From positions 3,995-67,994 of the forward strand of contig JADZDM010000002.1 of NCBI GenBank assembly GCA_020851035.1: a DNA stretch of 64,000 nucleotides. Reading direction: 5' to 3'. The notes beneath the pieces were generated by a model that did not search any database, was not told the DNA's origin, and saw nothing but the letters and a program-made list of their open reading frames with translations. Below, one piece after another: positions 1 through 10,066 of the stretch. Each line of letters opens with the position of its first letter. The first letter of the stretch is position 1. Position numbers and translations under genes: made by a program. The DNA comes from Gemmatimonadaceae bacterium. GTDB taxonomy: Bacteria > Gemmatimonadota > Gemmatimonadetes > Gemmatimonadales > Gemmatimonadaceae.

Positions 1-716
1 ACCTCGATCCGGTCCACGGCACTCGACGGGAACGCGTTCAGGTCGACACCGCTGGACCCCGGCGCCGACCCGTTCGAGAAGACGTTGAGGATCGCGGTGG
101 TGTGCCGACGCTGGCCATTGATGAGCACCAGCGAATGGTCGGGTGACAGGCCGCGCAGCGTGAACGGCCGCACGATCTCCGTGGCATCGGTGACCGCCTG
201 CTTCGGGAAGTTCACCGAGGGGGAGAGGTTCGCGAGGATCTGCGTCGTCTCCGTGGACCCCGAGCGCTTCAGCTCCTCCACCGTGAACACGTCCACCGGC
301 ACCGCCAGCTCCTCGGCCGCAGTGTGCTTCGCGCGTGAGCCGACCACGGTGCGCACCGGCGCGAGCTGCTGCGCGGATTGCTTCAGCACCACGTCCGCCA
401 CCGTCACCTGCGACGCGGTGACCGTGACCTGCAACGTCTCAGGCGCGAACCCGAGGGCGCGCACCCGCAGCGTCCGGCGTCCGGCGGCGATGCCACTGAG
501 GGAGTACAGGCCGCGCACCGACGACGTCGTGCGCGCACCACTCTGGTCCACCGTGACCTGCGCACCGACGACCAGTCCGCCCTGCACGTCCCTGATCCTG
601 CCCTGGATGGACCCGCTCTGCGCCTGCAGCGGCATCGCCGCGCCGAAGATGATGGCCAGCACCATCACCACGCGCGCACCAGGACCCGTCCCGTCCGTAC
701 CAACCCGCTTTCGCAT
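1..716 (-). CDS. TonB-dependent receptor, N-terminal part (gene continues beyond window start)
   Basis: Absent from the ORF track because it runs off the edge. My reverse-strand translation from ATG (complement of 714-716) reads MRKRVGTDGTGPGARVVMVLAIIFGAAMPLQAQSGSIQGRIRDVQGG..LRVRALGF. That is a signal peptide plus a carboxypeptidase-regulatory-like fold. It continues ..FTVEELKRSGSTETTQILANLSPSVNF..TLRGLSPDHSLVLINGQRRH..VDLNAFPSSAVDRIE, which are TonB plug motifs. Confidence 0.8.
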   Translation of the reverse strand, partial: MRKRVGTDGTGPGARVVMVLAIIFGAAMPLQAQSGSIQGRIRDVQGGLVVGAQVTVDQSGARTTSSVRGLYSLSGIAAGRRTLRVRALGFAPETLQVTVTASQVTVADVVLKQSAQQLAPVRTVVGSRAKHTAAEELAVPVDVFTVEELKRSGSTETTQILANLSPSVNFPKQAVTDATEIVRPFTLRGLSPDHSLVLINGQRRHTTAILNVFSNGSAPGSSGVDLNAFPSSAVDRIE

Positions 717-1079
717 GACTCCCCCGTGTGGAAGCGAGTGTCGCATGGCGGCTGACGGCGCCGACGATTCCAACATGTGCGTCACAGGAATGCAGTGGAA
801 GCGTCACGGCGATGACCGGGAGAAGATTGGAATCATCTCGTCTCATCTCGGCACGCATCCACACTTGCGCTCGTTTGACTTCGATTTCCGCGGCGTGGTA
901 CGTTCGGATTCTGGAGGCGGACAGTGGCACGGGCGCCTGCGTGCACGTCAGCCCTCTGGCTGCGCGGACGAGGTCGATGCCCACACCCGGATCGCGAGAC
1001 GGCAACCGCAGCCCTCCTGCCGATCCCGGCCGTGACGGTTGGTCAAGCGCGCGCGCGACGCATCCGAAACTCGCGCCAT

Positions 1080-2186
1080 ATGCGTCCCCTCGCGCCACTT
1101 CTCTGCCTCAGCCTGCTGCTGGCACGGCCCGTCACCGCGGCCGCGCAGGATCGCGCCCCGCTCGTCGGTGGTCGACCCGAGGCCGACTGGCGCGAGGACC
1201 TGCGCAACCCGCAACCGATCGTCCGGCAGGCGGCACTCGAGGCACTCGCGCAGTTCGCCGACGTCACCGAATCGACGATCCTCCACCTGACGCCGCTGAT
1301 CGGCGATCCCGACGTTGCCGTGCGGCGGACGGCGATCCGTGCGATCGGGCATGGCGGACGCGCCGCGCGCCGTGCCTCATCCGCGCTCTGGCGTGCCTGG
1401 CGCGATGACGATCCCCTCGTTGCCGCCGATGCCGGCATCGCGCTGGTACAGATCGGCGAGCCGAACATCCGCCTGTTCCGCGAGCGGCTCCCGACCGGTG
1501 AGCCACGCGATCGCGCACGCGCCGCTGCGGCGCTCGCCAACGCCGGCCCGGCCGCGAGGGGTGCGATCCATGCCCTGCGCGACCAGCTCGGCGATGACGA
1601 TGCCCGCGTGCGTGGCGCGAGCCTCGCCGCCATCGCCGCGCTCGACGAGAAGCCCGGACGGACGACCGCCACGCTGGTGGCGCGCAGCCTGGCACGCGAC
1701 CTGGGCGACTCACCACAGCTCGATGCGCCTGACGCGATCGTCCGTGCACGCACCGCGCTGACGATCCTCGCCCGCGCCGCGCGCGACGCAAAGCAGACCA
1801 CCCCGACGCTGCAACTCATCCTCTGGGATGGCCCTGCACCGCTCCGCGCGCATGCCGCGCAGGTGCTCGGGCGGATTCCGGGCGACGGCGACCGTGCGCT
1901 CGGCATGGCCATGGCGGCCGGCGATGCGAGCGTGCGTGAGGCGGCGCTCCGTGGCTTCGTGGCCGAGCGGTCGCGGCGGCGTGCACTGCCTGCCGTGCTC
2001 GACTCGCTGCGCCGCATCGATCCGGCACTCGACACGGCGCGCACCAGGGCCATGGTGGAGGCGATCGGGTACGTGGCCCAGCGGCACCGGGACGTGGATC
2101 GTGCCCTCGCCCGCGTGCTCGACAAGGCGCCGGCGCTCGCTCCGCAGGTGACCCTCGCCCGCCGCCGGCTGACGATCGGGTTCTGA
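1080..2186 (+). CDS. HEAT/PBS-lyase repeat protein, secreted
   Basis: ORF 924..2186 trimmed to ATG 1080, where a signal peptide begins (MRPLAPLLCLSLLLARPVTAAAQ). The body is made of HEAT-like repeats (..DVAVRRTAIRAIGHGG.., ..DARVRGASLAAIAAL.., ..DASVREAALRGF..). Confidence 0.7.
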   Translation: MRPLAPLLCLSLLLARPVTAAAQDRAPLVGGRPEADWREDLRNPQPIVRQAALEALAQFADVTESTILHLTPLIGDPDVAVRRTAIRAIGHGGRAARRASSALWRAWRDDDPLVAADAGIALVQIGEPNIRLFRERLPTGEPRDRARAAAALANAGPAARGAIHALRDQLGDDDARVRGASLAAIAALDEKPGRTTATLVARSLARDLGDSPQLDAPDAIVRARTALTILARAARDAKQTTPTLQLILWDGPAPLRAHAAQVLGRIPGDGDRALGMAMAAGDASVREAALRGFVAERSRRRALPAVLDSLRRIDPALDTARTRAMVEAIGYVAQRHRDVDRALARVLDKAPALAPQVTLARRRLTIGF

Positions 2187-2240
2187 GCGGCGGCGGTGCG
2201 AAGCGTTGCCGCCGCGGTGGCAGCCGCGTAGCATCGCCGC

Positions 2241-3026
2241 ATGGACCGACCGCACACCGACGACGCGCTGGCCCGTTTCCGCGCCCAGGACCTGGACGCA
2301 GCGATGGCCGATGCCGCGCGCAAGCAGGGCGTGGTGACACCGATGTTCGACGTCATCGCCCCACGCTACGATGCCTTCACGCGGCTCTTCTCCTTCGGCA
2401 TGGATGCGGGGTGGAAACGCGACCTCGTCGATGCCGTCACGCAGCGCGCGGCCGGCGCGACGCGCGCCGTCGACGCCGCCTGCGGCACCGGTGACATCGG
2501 CTTCTCGCTGGCCGAAAGGCTGCCCGCCCTGCACGTGACCGGCGTCGACCCCTCGGCGGAGATGCTCGCGATCGCGCGCACGCGCGTCCCGGCGGAACGG
2601 CGCACACGTGTCACGTTCGAGTCCGGCGAGCTGGCGCACCTGCCGGTCGCTGGCGCCACGCTGGACATCGTGACGGCCGGCTACGGCTTCCGGAACGTTC
2701 CCGATCTCGAGGCCGCGGTGCGCGAGTGTGCCCGCGCCCTGCGTCCCGGCGGCGTGCTCGGGTCGCTGGACTTCTTCGTCCCGCGCAACGCCATCTGGCG
2801 TGTGCTGTTCCTCGGGTACCTCCGACTCGCGGGCGACGTCGTGGGATGGTGGTGGCACCGCACGCCGGCGATCTACGGGTACATCGCGCGCTCGATCGCC
2901 TCGTTCGTGACGGCGGAGGAGTTCGCGGCGATGCTGCGCGCGCACGGCTTCACGGTGGTCGAGCAGCGACGCATGCTCTTCGGCGGCATTGCGTTGCACC
3001 TCGCCGTGCGGGACGGTGCCGCATGA
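2241..3026 (+). CDS. ubiE: UbiE/MenG-family SAM-dependent C-methyltransferase
   Basis: 261 aa. ..VTPMFDVIAPRYDAFTRLFSFGMDAGWKRDL.., SAM motif I VDAACGTGDIG and ..GYGFRNVPDLEAAVRECARALRPGGVL.. match the UbiE/MenG family. Confidence 0.7.
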   Translation: MDRPHTDDALARFRAQDLDAAMADAARKQGVVTPMFDVIAPRYDAFTRLFSFGMDAGWKRDLVDAVTQRAAGATRAVDAACGTGDIGFSLAERLPALHVTGVDPSAEMLAIARTRVPAERRTRVTFESGELAHLPVAGATLDIVTAGYGFRNVPDLEAAVRECARALRPGGVLGSLDFFVPRNAIWRVLFLGYLRLAGDVVGWWWHRTPAIYGYIARSIASFVTAEEFAAMLRAHGFTVVEQRRMLFGGIALHLAVRDGAA

Positions 3027-3703
3027 CGACACTGGTGCTCGGCGCGCAGCGGCCGCTGGGCCTGGCCCTCGTGCGCGCCGTGCTCGACATGGGTGCACCC
3101 GTCGTCGCTGCGGTGCAGGCACCGGCGCGCCTCCCCCCTGCCCTGCATGACCTGCGGGACGAGTTCCCCGGGCTGCTCACCCCCGTGGCGTGGCAGCCGG
3201 GTAGCTGGGCGCATGCCGCTGCGGTGCGTCGCGCGATCATCGCCGAGCTGCCGATCCCGCCGGCGCAGTCCGACGAGCCGGATGACGCGGTGTCCGACCT
3301 CGTCGCAGTCACGTCCGCCGCGCTGCAACAGGAGCTCGCCCAGCTCCTTCCGGCAACGCTGGCCGCGCTGCAACTCGTCGCTGCGCTCCAGCCGGCCCGC
3401 GCGCTGATCCAGGCGAGCTGGCTGGGCAGCATCGGCGAGAAGATCCGTGGCGGCGGCTACGCCGTGGCCACCGCGTATGCGGCACACCTGATGCTCGTCC
3501 GCACCGCCGCGATGGACCTGCAGCGCGCGGGCATCTGCACCGTCGTCGGGAACGCCGGGCGCTACCGGCTGGACCTGGCTGGCCCCGGCTTCCACGCCGA
3601 CATCGACGACGTCGCACGCGGCCTCCTCGCCGCCCTCGACGCCGCCGACGGCAGCGGCGAACCGGCCTTCGTCGACTGGCGCGGCACGCCACGCTCCTGG
3701 TAA
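3023..3703 (+). CDS. Atypical NAD(P)-binding SDR-like protein
   Basis: ATG 3023 overlaps the upstream stop (ATGA). Rossmann-like N-terminus TLVLGAQRPLGLALVRAVL. No clean YxxxK motif. The upstream part of track ORF 2726..3703 looks non-coding. Confidence 0.45.
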   Translation: MTTLVLGAQRPLGLALVRAVLDMGAPVVAAVQAPARLPPALHDLRDEFPGLLTPVAWQPGSWAHAAAVRRAIIAELPIPPAQSDEPDDAVSDLVAVTSAALQQELAQLLPATLAALQLVAALQPARALIQASWLGSIGEKIRGGGYAVATAYAAHLMLVRTAAMDLQRAGICTVVGNAGRYRLDLAGPGFHADIDDVARGLLAALDAADGSGEPAFVDWRGTPRSW

Positions 3704-3781
3704 GCGCGCCGGTCAACCCGGCCCGCCGGGCTGCCGATCCTCAGGGAGGATGTCCTGCCCTCCCCTCGCACTGCACGTCCG

Positions 3782-4864
3782 ATGACGATCCCGCCGGTCC
3801 ATGCGGCGGGCGGCGGCATGCCGCCGGTCCGGTTGCCGCTGCTCACGGCTCCGGTGCTGACGGGCATTCCGCCGACGGTGGGCGATCCGGCACTGCTGCC
3901 GCACCGGGAGCCTCGCTCCCTGCCGCCGGACGGCAGCGGCGGCCCGCAGCGCGCCGATCCACCCATCTCGCTGGCCGGCCGGCTGGACGAGGGCGGCCAG
4001 CTCCCCGACACGACGTCGCTCGCCGTCGCCCTCGAATCCGCGACCCGCGCCCTGCAGACCGGGCGCGCCGACCTCGTGCTCGCGGCGCTCGATGCGATCT
4101 GGTCGCCGCAGCTCGGGACCGACTCACCGTGGTACCTGCGCGCCGCCGCGCTGCAGCTCCTCGGCCGCACCTCGGATGCCGAGCAGGTGCTGCGCGATGC
4201 CGTCGCGCGCCTGCCCCGTTCCGCCGCCGTGCTGTACCTGCTCGGCCTCCACACCGCGGACCGCGGCGAGTTCGAGGCAGCCCGCATCGCGAGTGAGCAT
4301 GCGCTGGCGCTGCATCCCGCCGAGCCCCTGCTGCTGCTGCAGCGCGCGGCGCTGGCGGAGCGGAGCGGCGACATGGCGCTCGCCTCGTCACTGCTGCAGC
4401 AGGTGGCCGCACACGATCCGGGCTGTCCGGCCGCGCAGTGGCTGCACACGCTCACCGGGATCGGTGGAGGTGCATCTCTTCCGGGGACAGGCGCTGCGCC
4501 GGGCATGCGCCGCACGCCGGTGCTGCCTGCGACGGTGGCACCCGACGGAGCCGACATGCTGCCGCCTGCGTTCACGGCGCTCGAGGGTGCACTGCGTCTC
4601 GGGCTCTCGTTGCTGGCCTCGCCGCTGCAGAGTGCACGCTCCGCCACCCGCGTCTCCGGAAGCCTGGAGGCCGTCACGGCACGCGCCGGGCAGTACGCTG
4701 CGCCGGTGTCGCCACCGCTGGCACCGATCGCGCTCCCGTCGTGGCACGGCATGGCCATCGCCTGCTCGCTGCTGGTGATGGCAGGCGTGCCGCCGCTGCG
4801 GCTTCCGGCGGTGATCGTGTGCGGTGTTTCCGTGCTGCTGTCTGTCGCGCGCCGGACGCGCTAA
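3782..4864 (+). CDS. TPR-repeat protein with C-terminal membrane anchor
   Basis: TPR-like helices (..AALQLLGRTSDAEQVLRDAVARLP..LLGLHTADRGEFEAARIASEHALALHPAEP..) and a hydrophobic C-terminus (MAIACSLLVMAGVPPLRLPAVIVCGVSVLL). Start uncertain. Confidence 0.55.
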   Translation: MTIPPVHAAGGGMPPVRLPLLTAPVLTGIPPTVGDPALLPHREPRSLPPDGSGGPQRADPPISLAGRLDEGGQLPDTTSLAVALESATRALQTGRADLVLAALDAIWSPQLGTDSPWYLRAAALQLLGRTSDAEQVLRDAVARLPRSAAVLYLLGLHTADRGEFEAARIASEHALALHPAEPLLLLQRAALAERSGDMALASSLLQQVAAHDPGCPAAQWLHTLTGIGGGASLPGTGAAPGMRRTPVLPATVAPDGADMLPPAFTALEGALRLGLSLLASPLQSARSATRVSGSLEAVTARAGQYAAPVSPPLAPIALPSWHGMAIACSLLVMAGVPPLRLPAVIVCGVSVLLSVARRTR

Positions 4865-6099
4865 CGTGACGGTGCGATGCGCCGCGCCATGACCTTCACG
4901 TGGGCGCGCTGCAGGTGGTACAACATCGCACCGTAGGCCGCGGCGCCGAGTGCCAGCACCACGCGCAGGAGGCTCGCGCCTTCGAAGCCGAAGAAGCTGC
5001 GCGCGACCTCCACCAGCACCAGCGCCACGCACGCCTGCGCGAGCACCCGTGCGAGGATGTCGCGCAGCGCCGATTCCGACCGCCCATTGAACTCGGCGAC
5101 CACGTAGCCCAGGACGGTGGCCGCGATGCCCATCTCGAGCAGCGGCAATGCCAGCGCGAGGCCGGCCTCACTCACCGGCATGCCCAGGTGGACGAGCGGG
5201 TTGCTGCGGAAGCTGTGGCCCGGCCAGATGCCGGCACCCACGAAGTAGAGCGCCATGAACGGTGCCGCCGACAGCAGCGCGGGGGTCTCGTAGCGCCGCT
5301 CCTGGAACGGCGGTGCCGACCAGCGCCCGCGCCACGACGCGAAGGCTGTGATGAGGGCCATGCCGCCAAGGGTGATGCGCCAGTCCACCAGCAGCGACGG
5401 GAGCATCCCGATCGCGCTCCAGAGCAGGGCCACGGCGGGCACCATCCATGGGGCGCGATCCGGGGTGTAGCCGCGGATCGCGCGGGCCACGGATCCCAGG
5501 ATCGAGGCGCCCATCAACCCGATGCTCACCGTGAGGGCGAGCCGCGCCGGATCGCCCTGCGCGGCAGCCCCACTGGCCCACAGCAACGGCAGCAGCAGGT
5601 ACGTGAGCCCCATCAGCGGCAGCTGTAGGAGCATGGCGTGTACGGCGTTGCTGGTCCCGTATTCATCCTCGTGGGCGCGCGCGCAGAGCCAGGCCCCCAG
5701 TCCGGCGCCGGCCATCGCCGCCAGCAGGTGCCACGGCGACGCCTCGCACGACGGCTCGAAGAGCTGGGCCGTCTCGAGCGCCAGCGCCAGCAGGCCACCC
5801 GACGCCACGATCGAGAGGACATGTTGTCCGGCCCGCCCGGTCCTCGCACGCCGCGAGAGGAAACCATAGGGCACGAACATCGCCAGCGTGGCGAGCGTGC
5901 CGAGCGGCGTGAAGGCATACGCCGGCGCCAGGCGCTCGGGCACGACGAACCCGAAGGGCAGGAGCAGGAGCGAGGCGATCAGCACTACCAGGTAGCTCAG
6001 CAGCGCGCGAGAGAGGCGGGCACCGCTGTCCAGGGAAACACGACGCACGGCCACCCGGCCGTCAGCGGCGTGCAGTTCATGGACCTGGGTGGCGGACAT
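4861..6099 (-). CDS. Polytopic membrane protein with VanZ-like N-terminal region
   Basis: ORF 4861..6585 trimmed to ATG at 6097-6099 (MSATQVHEL..). The 161 upstream codons are R/P-rich junk. ..FVPYGFLSRR..ALETAQLFEPSCEASPWHLLAAMAGAGLGAW.. resembles VanZ. Many TM helices follow. Confidence 0.6.
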   Translation of the reverse strand: MSATQVHELHAADGRVAVRRVSLDSGARLSRALLSYLVVLIASLLLLPFGFVVPERLAPAYAFTPLGTLATLAMFVPYGFLSRRARTGRAGQHVLSIVASGGLLALALETAQLFEPSCEASPWHLLAAMAGAGLGAWLCARAHEDEYGTSNAVHAMLLQLPLMGLTYLLLPLLWASGAAAQGDPARLALTVSIGLMGASILGSVARAIRGYTPDRAPWMVPAVALLWSAIGMLPSLLVDWRITLGGMALITAFASWRGRWSAPPFQERRYETPALLSAAPFMALYFVGAGIWPGHSFRSNPLVHLGMPVSEAGLALALPLLEMGIAATVLGYVVAEFNGRSESALRDILARVLAQACVALVLVEVARSFFGFEGASLLRVVLALGAAAYGAMLYHLQRAHVKVMARRIAPSR

Positions 6100-6194
6100 C
6101 GCACGGATCCTGCGAAAGGGCGGGTTTCCGGGGCGGCGCCGGAGGCGCGCCGTCCGGCAACTTCTGTTTTCCTGCCGGCTCCACATCTTTCGGC

Positions 6195-6689
6195 ATGTCC
6201 AACCCGACAGTGGTGCTCCGCACCGCCACCGAGACCGACGTTCCCGCGATCCTGGAGCTGATCCAGGGGCTGGCGGAGTACGAACGCATGCGCGACGACT
6301 GCGTGGCCACCGAGGCACGCCTGCGTGACACGCTGTTCGGTGCCGCGCCGAAGGCCGAGGTCGTGCTGGCCGTGTCGCAGGGAGAGGTCGCCGGATTCGC
6401 CCTCTTCTGCGGGAACTACTCCACCTTCCTCGCGCAGCCGGGACTCTGGCTCGAGGACCTGTTCGTGCGTCCCGGGTTCCGTGGCCAGGGCATCGGCCGC
6501 GCGCTCCTCGCCCACCTCGCGAAGCTGGCCGTGGAGCGGGGCTGCGGACGCGTGGAGTGGTCGGTGCTCGACTGGAACGAGCCATCGATCGGCTTCTACC
6601 AGTCGCTCGGGGCGCAGGGCCTCACCGAATGGACGACGTTCCGGCTGACCGGCAACGCCATCAGCGATCTCGCCGCGAGCGCCCCATGA
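6195..6689 (+). CDS. GNAT family N-acetyltransferase (diamine acetyltransferase-like)
   Basis: 164 aa. GNAT motif A: ..LFVRPGFRGQGIGRALLAHLAKLAVERGCGRVEWSVLDWNEPSIGFYQSLGA.. Confidence 0.85.
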   Translation: MSNPTVVLRTATETDVPAILELIQGLAEYERMRDDCVATEARLRDTLFGAAPKAEVVLAVSQGEVAGFALFCGNYSTFLAQPGLWLEDLFVRPGFRGQGIGRALLAHLAKLAVERGCGRVEWSVLDWNEPSIGFYQSLGAQGLTEWTTFRLTGNAISDLAASAP

Positions 6690-7255
6690 CCCCGCCCGTC
6701 AGGCCCGTGAAGGAGCGGATCCCGCTGCCGCCCGCCGTGCCGGCCACCGAGGCCGACGTGCAGGCCATCGTCGCCCTCAACAACCAGTTCTCGGCCGACG
6801 GCCTCACCCTGCCCCGCACCGAGGATTTCGTCGCCCAGCACCTCAGCGACTACCGCGTCGTGCGCAGCCCCGATGGGGGGCTCTGGGGGCAGGTGGCGCT
6901 GGACGAGTATTCCCCGTCGCTCTGCGAGCTGGTCTCGCTGGCGGTCGCGCCAGCGGCGCAGGGCAAGGGCCTCGGCCGGCACCTCATCACCGCGGCGGTG
7001 GACCTCGCCAACCGACGCGGCTTTCCCCAGCTCTTCGCCGTCTCGCTCGCCGACACGCTCTTCCTGGGCGCCGGCTTCATGCAATCGTCGATCGACGAGT
7101 TCCCGGAGAAGATCTGGCGCTACCGGGCGATCTCGCGCTCGGAGCTCTCGATCGGGAAGAAGTTCCTGTTCGTGCGTGACCTGCCGCCCCGTCCGCCGAA
7201 GAAGCCCGGCAAGACCCGCTCGCGCCGCCCCAGCGTGCGCGGCACGCGGAAGTGA
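6686..7255 (+). CDS. GNAT family N-acetyltransferase
   Basis: ATG 6686 overlaps the upstream stop (ATGA). ..ELVSLAVAPAAQGKGLGRHLITAAVDLANRRGFPQLFAVS.. Basic K/R/P-rich C-terminal tail. Confidence 0.75.
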   Translation: MTPPVRPVKERIPLPPAVPATEADVQAIVALNNQFSADGLTLPRTEDFVAQHLSDYRVVRSPDGGLWGQVALDEYSPSLCELVSLAVAPAAQGKGLGRHLITAAVDLANRRGFPQLFAVSLADTLFLGAGFMQSSIDEFPEKIWRYRAISRSELSIGKKFLFVRDLPPRPPKKPGKTRSRRPSVRGTRK

Positions 7256-7274
7256 GCCACTCCGATCCCCCGAC

Positions 7275-7303
7275 TTGACACCCCGGCCGGGGCTCCGTAG
7301 CCT
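7275..7303 (+). promoter_or_regulatory. Candidate sigma70-type promoter for the metX-like gene
   Basis: TTGACA (7275-7280), a 17-bp spacer, then TAGCCT (7298-7303). Lies about 110 nt upstream of the CDS start. Sequence match only. Confidence 0.3.
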
Positions 7304-7409
7304 CTCAGCACAACCGTACACGTGGTGATTTGCCGCCTTATTGCAGCCACGTTAAACAACTCGCTAAAATGGACGCGCCTGGCGGCTCCCACGTTCGCAC
7401 AGGCGCGCT

Positions 7410-8411
7410 GTGTTCATGCCATCCTTGCCGCACGCCCGCCACACGCCGGCCCTCCCGCAGCAGTCCATCGGCGCCTTCACCTTCGAGGACGGCACGACGG
7501 TCGCGGATGCCGCGATGCGCTACGCCCTCGTGCCGCCGGACGGTCCCAGCGACGGGATCGTCGTGATCTGCCCCTCGCTCACCGGCACGCCGGCGATCCT
7601 GCAGGAATGGTGGGGCGAGGTCGGTCCGGCGGTGGCGCGCGAGCGCTATGCCACCCTGTATCCACACGCGTTCACGCCGGGCACCCTCGCGGCCTTTCCG
7701 CGCGAGCGTCCGCCCACGATCCGCGACTTCGCACGCGGCATCGTCGCACTCGTCCGCGCCCTCGGCCTGCCGCAGGCGACCTTCGTGACGGGCGGCTCAC
7801 TCGGCGGCATGATTGCACTCGAGACGGCGATCGAGAGTGGCGCGCCCACGCATGCGCTCGTGCTCGCCGCACCCGCCGTGCAGACTGCCTGGGGCGCCGG
7901 CTGGAACATGGTGCAGCTGAAGGCACTGGCCATCGGCGATGGCGCGGCGGGGTTCGAGCTGGCGCGAGCCGTGGGGATGATGACCTATCGCACCGAGCGC
8001 GAGTTCGAGGCGCGCTTCGGCGGCGATGCACCGTCGGCCGAAGGCCGCACCATGGCCACCTACCTCGAGCACCAGGGCCGCAAGCTCGTGGCACGATTCG
8101 ACCCGGTCGAGTACGAGCAGCGCGTGCGCGCGATGGACACGCACGATGTGGGCAGGGGCCGCGGCGGCTGGCGCGACGTGCTGGCACCACTCGCCCACCG
8201 CATCGCTGCGGCGGGCGTGGCCGGCGATGCGCTGTACAGTGCGGAGATCGTCGAGGCGTGGGCGCGTGCGACGGGGGTGGCGTTCCACACGGTGACATCC
8301 ATCCACGGGCACGACGCGTTCCTGCTGGAGCGCGCGCAGGTGCGCAGCATCATCGCGTCGGCGTTCGAGCGGGCCACGCTCGACGCCGCGGAATCGACCG
8401 CGCTCCGCTGA
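7410..8411 (+). CDS. metX: Homoserine O-acetyltransferase-like alpha/beta hydrolase
   Basis: 333 aa. Nucleophile elbow GGSLGGMIALETA and ..SIHGHDAFLLE.. are typical of MetX. Start is GTG 7410 or ATG 7416. Confidence 0.7.
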   Translation: MFMPSLPHARHTPALPQQSIGAFTFEDGTTVADAAMRYALVPPDGPSDGIVVICPSLTGTPAILQEWWGEVGPAVARERYATLYPHAFTPGTLAAFPRERPPTIRDFARGIVALVRALGLPQATFVTGGSLGGMIALETAIESGAPTHALVLAAPAVQTAWGAGWNMVQLKALAIGDGAAGFELARAVGMMTYRTEREFEARFGGDAPSAEGRTMATYLEHQGRKLVARFDPVEYEQRVRAMDTHDVGRGRGGWRDVLAPLAHRIAAAGVAGDALYSAEIVEAWARATGVAFHTVTSIHGHDAFLLERAQVRSIIASAFERATLDAAESTALR

Positions 8412-8415
8412 CGCG

Positions 8416-10059
8416 TCACTCCCCGCCGGCGGGCTCCGCGACGGTTCCGCCGGCCGGCAGCCCACGCGAGAGCGACACCCACCCGTTCCGGAACGGGTGT
8501 CGTTCGACACTGCCCTCCGGCACCGGCGCATCGCGCCCGCGGTCGTAGCGTAGCAGCAGGCCGTCGCGATGTGCGGCCAGCCACGTCGCCGCGGCTGGCG
8601 GCGGCAGCACCTCGATGCGGACGTCACGCAGCCGCGCCGGGAAATGATACTCGCCGTGATAGCTGCCGAGCATCGCGACGGGACGCCCTGCTCGCAGTGC
8701 GGTGCGCACCGCGGCTGCCATCGGCGCCGTGTCGTACGGCACCGTCGCCTGCCGCGCGATCGCGAGCTGCAGCGCAGCGAGCAGCACCGTGGTGCTGACG
8801 GCCAGGGTGTGCACCGCCGCATTGCGCGTGATGCGCCCGCGGACCCAGAGCACCAGCATCACGGCGGCCGCCATCGGCACCAGCGCCCAACCCCAGGCCA
8901 CCGTGGCGTGCGGCCACCAGAGCACCCGATCGCCAAGAGGCGTCACGCCGACGGCGATGACGGCTGCCCCGAGGAGCAGCAGCACCAGCGCCACCAGCCA
9001 GGGCCGGCCGAAGCTGGCCGCCTCACGCTGGCTCAGCCCGCGCGCAAGGAGCAGTGCCACCGCGGGCACGATCGGCACCAGGTAGTGCACCTGCTTCCCG
9101 CTGACGAGCGAGAAGAGCACCAGTGCGGCCCCCGCCCAGGCGACGCAGAAACGGACACCGGCATCCCGTGGTGCCTGGCGAAGTGCCGACAGCGCGCGCC
9201 ACGACTCGGGCCAGAGAAACCAGGGGAACAGGAGCGCGGGGAGGAGCGGCAGGTACCACCAGATGCCGCGCCGGTGCGCGAAGCTGTTGGCGATCCGCCC
9301 GGTCGTCTGCCCGAGGAAGATCGCGCGCTGGTACTCCGCCCCTCCGGCAACGCCGGCCGGGATGGCCCAGAGCAGCGCACCGCACACCCCGAGCAGCAGG
9401 CCGCCGAGCAGCGAGACGTACCAGGTGGCCCAGCGCCGGTCCGCGCGCGGGGTGGCCCACCACGGTGCCGCGAGGGCCACCGGCAGCACGTGGAGCAGGA
9501 TCACCGGGCCCTTCGAGAGCACGCCGAGTGTGATGCCGGCGGCGAGGTAGAACACGCCGCGGCGATTCCCATGTTCGACGGCGTGCACGATGCCCAGCAG
9601 CGCCAGCAGCGCACAACACGCAAGCAGCGTGTCGAACATGAAGAGCGTGCCGAAGGCGGCCCAGAGCAGCGCCCCGACCGTGATCACCGGCGCCCAGCCG
9701 CGGGTGCGCGCGTCGTGCGGCCAGAGTGCGCGGGCGAGTGCCGTGAGCAGCGCGAGCGCCACCACGCCGGCCAGCGGGCCCACCAGGCGGGCCCAGGCTT
9801 CGCTCACCCCGAACACCTTCCACCCTGCGGCCACCAGCCAGAAGAGCAGCGGCGGCTTGTGGCTGTACGTCGCCCCGTTCAGGTGCGGCACCAGCCAGTC
9901 GTTGCGCTGCAGCATCTCGAGCGCCACGGCGGCGTACCGGGTCTCGTCGATGGCGAGCAGCGGTCGCGTGAAGAGGCCCGTCACGGTCACGACGGCGACC
10001 AGCACAGCCGCCACGGTCACGCCGCCACCGCGTGGCGCCGTGGATTCGTACACGCTCAT
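8416..10059 (-). CDS. ArnT/PMT-like glycosyltransferase (GT83/GT39), polytopic
   Basis: 547 aa with many TM helices. ..LFTRPLLAIDETRYAAVALEMLQRNDWLVPHLNGATYSHKPPLLFWL.. is the ArnT/PMT N-terminal signature. Confidence 0.85.
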   Translation of the reverse strand: MSVYESTAPRGGGVTVAAVLVAVVTVTGLFTRPLLAIDETRYAAVALEMLQRNDWLVPHLNGATYSHKPPLLFWLVAAGWKVFGVSEAWARLVGPLAGVVALALLTALARALWPHDARTRGWAPVITVGALLWAAFGTLFMFDTLLACCALLALLGIVHAVEHGNRRGVFYLAAGITLGVLSKGPVILLHVLPVALAAPWWATPRADRRWATWYVSLLGGLLLGVCGALLWAIPAGVAGGAEYQRAIFLGQTTGRIANSFAHRRGIWWYLPLLPALLFPWFLWPESWRALSALRQAPRDAGVRFCVAWAGAALVLFSLVSGKQVHYLVPIVPAVALLLARGLSQREAASFGRPWLVALVLLLLGAAVIAVGVTPLGDRVLWWPHATVAWGWALVPMAAAVMLVLWVRGRITRNAAVHTLAVSTTVLLAALQLAIARQATVPYDTAPMAAAVRTALRAGRPVAMLGSYHGEYHFPARLRDVRIEVLPPPAAATWLAAHRDGLLLRYDRGRDAPVPEGSVERHPFRNGWVSLSRGLPAGGTVAEPAGGE

Positions 10060-10066
10060 CGCGTGC

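Noticed and set aside
4861-6585. Long N-terminal extensions implied by the longest-ORF calls. Examples are 4861..6585, 21447..24728, 30875..33307, 36010..37755, 38829..40976, 40174..42876, 48106..50955 and 55535..58159.
   Set aside because: The extensions are R/P/G-rich and often overlap the neighbouring gene. They precede an internal start that yields a clean signal peptide or a canonical family N-terminus, frequently with a stop/start overlap to the upstream gene.
7304-7409. SAM riboswitch in the leader of the metX-like gene. Elements reminiscent of SAM-II are GAUUU, UUGC and GCUAAAA.
   Set aside because: I could fold only a 6-bp hairpin (7320-7325 with 7347-7352). I could not build the required pseudoknot between the loop and the 3' tail. 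An Infernal scan with SAM-II, SAM-V and SAM/SAH models would settle it.
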